Positions 61,459 through 64,000 of a DNA stretch of 64,000 nt are shown here, piece by piece (position 1 is the first letter of the stretch; the number at the start of each line of letters is the position of its first letter). The notes below the pieces were generated by a model, which was given only the letters and a program-made list of their open reading frames with translations, was not told the origin of the DNA and did not search any database. The DNA is from Malacoraja senta (Eukaryota): positions 9,178,001 to 9,242,000 of the forward strand of contig CM075988.1 in NCBI GenBank assembly GCA_038087875.1, read 5' to 3'. The translations under genes were made by a program, and so were the position numbers.

Positions 61459-61839
61459 GGTAGTTATGAGGTCCAGTCTGCCTAGGAGGAAGAACATTGT
61501 ATTTTTTCTGATTTATTTTAATTATATTGCCGTAATTTGTCTTCATTTGAAAGGGTATGCCAGAGTCCTGTGCTTACTGTAATCACAGCAACTATTGTAC
61601 TTCTGGATATATTATAATTTATAGAAAATGATTAATGATCTAAATCACGAGCATGTGTGCTGATCATCAGAAGGCGGAGGGTGAATTGAGTTTCCTGTTG
61701 ATCATTGAGGTCTAATCTGATAGTCTTGCATTATGTGGCCATGTCTGAAATGGTAAGAGAATTATCAGGCAGTTGGCGACCACTTTCTTTTGAACTGATC
61801 AAGATTTTCCAGCTGAGATAACAGAGGCCCAGGAACCGT

Positions 61840-63430
61840 TGGTGAGGGAGGAGCGGCGTCCGGGCAGTGAGTATAATACTCGATCGCGGGGCTTGTTTCC
61901 ACAGAGGCCCAGGAACGTGGAGGGAGGAACCCAAATCTGTAACGATCCACTCGCATTTCACAGTTCAAAACAAGTGGGCTTGAGGAAGCTGCTGATTGGT
62001 GGAAGCGGCGGTGAGTGGAGGAAGCTGCTGATTGGTGGAAGCAGACTAGAGGAAGCAGCTGATTGGGAGTCAGATCCTGCTGATTTCTTCCAGCAGATTG
62101 TATTGTATTGTATTGTACTTTGTATTGTAGCCAGGATAAGGGGGGAGAATGAGGGCCAGGGCAGATTACTGTTCTGGATGTCAGATGTGGGAGGTCATGG
62201 AGTCTGATAGCCCTCCAGACGTCCACATCTGCGCCAGATGCGTCAAGATGGGGCTCCTAAGGACCATATTAGGAACCTGGAGCAGCAGCTCGATGACCTC
62301 CGTCTGGTCAGGAGAGTGAGGAGGTCATAGAGAGGAGTTACAGAGAGGTGGTCACTCCAAGACCACGGGAGACAGACAAGTGGGTCACAGTTAGGAGGGG
62401 CAAGGGCAGAGGCAGGGACTAGAGAGTACCCCAGTGGCTGTACACCTTGGCAATAAGTACTCCTGTTTGAGTACTGTTGGGGGGACAGCCTACCTGGGGG
62501 TAGCGACAGCGGCCGGGCCTCCGGTACAGAGACCGTCCCTGTTGCTCAGAGGGGTAAGGAAAAGAAGAGGAGGGCAGTAGTATTAGGGACTCTATAGTTA
62601 GGGGGTCAGACAGGCGATTCTGTGGACGCAGTCTGGAGACCCGGATGGTAGTTTGCCTCCCTGGTCTGGGATGTGTCTGAACGTGTCCAAGATATCCTGA
62701 AATGGGAGGGAGGGGAGCCCGAGGTCGTGGTACATATAGGTACCAATGACATAGGAGAAAAAGGAAAGAGGTCCTGAAAGGAGAATTTAGGGAGTTAGGA
62801 AGAGAGTTAAGGAAAAGGACAGCAAAGGTAACAATCTCAGGATTACTGCCTGTGCCACGCGACAGTGAGAATAGGAATGGAGCGAGGTGGAGGATAAATG
62901 CGTGGCTGAAGGACTGGTGCAGTGGGCAGGGATTCAAGTTTCTGGACTTGGAACCTCTTTTGGGGAAGGTGTGACCTGTACAAAAAGAATGGGTTGCACT
63001 TGAACCTGAGGGGGACCAATATCCTGGCGGGGAGATTTGTAAAGGCTACTGGGGAGACTTTAAACTAGAACGGTTGGGGGGAGGGACTCAAATAGAGAAA
63101 GCTAGTAGACAGTGTGTGAGGCAGGAGGCAGAGAAGGGAAGCACTCAGACCCAACATGTAGGGGGGAGAGAAGAAAAAGATAATAAACAGAGAATAAGAG
63201 GTGAAGGGTTTCTTAAATGTGTGAGCAGAGAGACAGAGGGGTGTAAAATAAGGGTAGAAGCAATAGGTAGCAAGGTGAAAAGTAAAAGTTGTAGGCAGAC
63301 AAATCCAGGGCAAAAATCAAAAAGGGCCATTTTTCAACATAATTGTATAAGGGGTAAGAGTGTTGTAAAAACAAGCCTGAAGGCTTTGTGTCTCAATGCA
63401 AGGAGCATTCGTAATAAGGTGGATGAGTTA
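61840..63430 (+). mobile_element. CR1 LINE 5' portion: 5' UTR, ORF1 and start of ORF2
   Basis: ORF1 motifs as in the next feature; ORF2 endonuclease start LKALCLNARSIRNKVDEL at about 63377-63430; 5' boundary approximate. Confidence 0.85.
62149..63063 (+). pseudogene. Frameshifted CR1 ORF1: CxxC...CxxC zinc finger plus SGNH/GDSL-type esterase domain
   Basis: ATG at 62149, CSGC...CARC; VLGDSIVRG (about 62580), VVVHIGTND (about 62724-62750), NGLHLN (about 62988). Confidence 0.8.
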
Positions 63431-63431
63431 C

Positions 63432-64000
63432 AGTCCCAGCCTGTCCCCACGTACCTCGGTGTGAAGCTCGACAGAACGTTGTCATTCAAAACAACACCTG
63501 GAAGGTGCCAAAGGCAAAGACAAGCGCCCGTGCCGCACTGATTCGCCGCCTAGCCGGCACCACATGGGGAGCCACGACGAAGACACTGCGCATGTCCACA
63601 GTGGCCCTGGTGTTCTCAGCTGCCAGGTACTGCGCCCCGGTCTGGTGCCGTAGTCCTCAGGCCAAAAAGCTGGATGCTGCCCTCAACAGCGCCCTGCGGA
63701 CTGTCTCCGGATGCCTACGAGCCACCCAGTAAAACAACTGCCCGTCCTCGCTGGCATCGCCCCAGCCAACATCAGACGAGAAGCAGCCACGCTGGCCCTC
63801 TCTCGAAAGGCACAGACCAGTGAATCCACCTCCTCCATCAGATCGTCACAGAGACACCACGACGAGTGCGCCTCAAGTCACGGCACCCCTTTGCCACGCA
63901 AGCCCAAGAGGCTGCTTTGCACAACACCGGCTGACGCTTCTAAGGCTGCCTGGGTCAAGACGAGATGGAGAGACCAGTGGAAGTCAGCGGAACCATCTAG
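63432..64000 (+). mobile_element. Vingi/Ingi-like (I group) LINE RT C-terminal fragment, runs off the window
   Basis: PTYLGVKLDRTLSFK...LIRRLAGTTWGATTKTLRMSTVALVFSAA.YCAPVWCRS...LNSALRTVSGCLR; frameshifted. Confidence 0.7.

Overview
Eukaryotic, repeat-dense DNA with no recognisable host protein-coding exon, so probably intronic or intergenic. The repeat set points to a cartilaginous fish, probably a skate or ray (inference). It includes about 27 tRNA-derived HE1/V-SINE-type SINEs with (CTAAA)n tails and CR1-shared 3' ends, many CR1 fragments, Penelope-like elements (PLEs), and Rex1/Babar, RTE, HERO and Vingi/Ingi LINE pieces. There are also four PIF/Harbinger-type MITEs sharing one 14-bp terminus, two non-autonomous Helitrons, a possible solo LTR and several micro/minisatellites. 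Most ORF-track entries are spurious or retroelement fragments. The most notable feature is a 137-bp TSD-flanked retroposon (38411-38547, minus strand) whose first 54 nt fold into a complete minimal HDV-like ribozyme starting exactly at the element's 5' end. The catalytic C of this copy appears lost by CpG decay, and a plausible partner LINE (Vingi-like) starts at about 63432. Also notable are many hammerhead-motif PLE termini (often fold-back pairs), a PLE with about 580-bp inverted arms and a long TSD, a 152-bp mini-Helitron and an internally deleted HERO element. Family names come from recalled motifs, not database searches, and boundaries of degenerate repeats are approximate.
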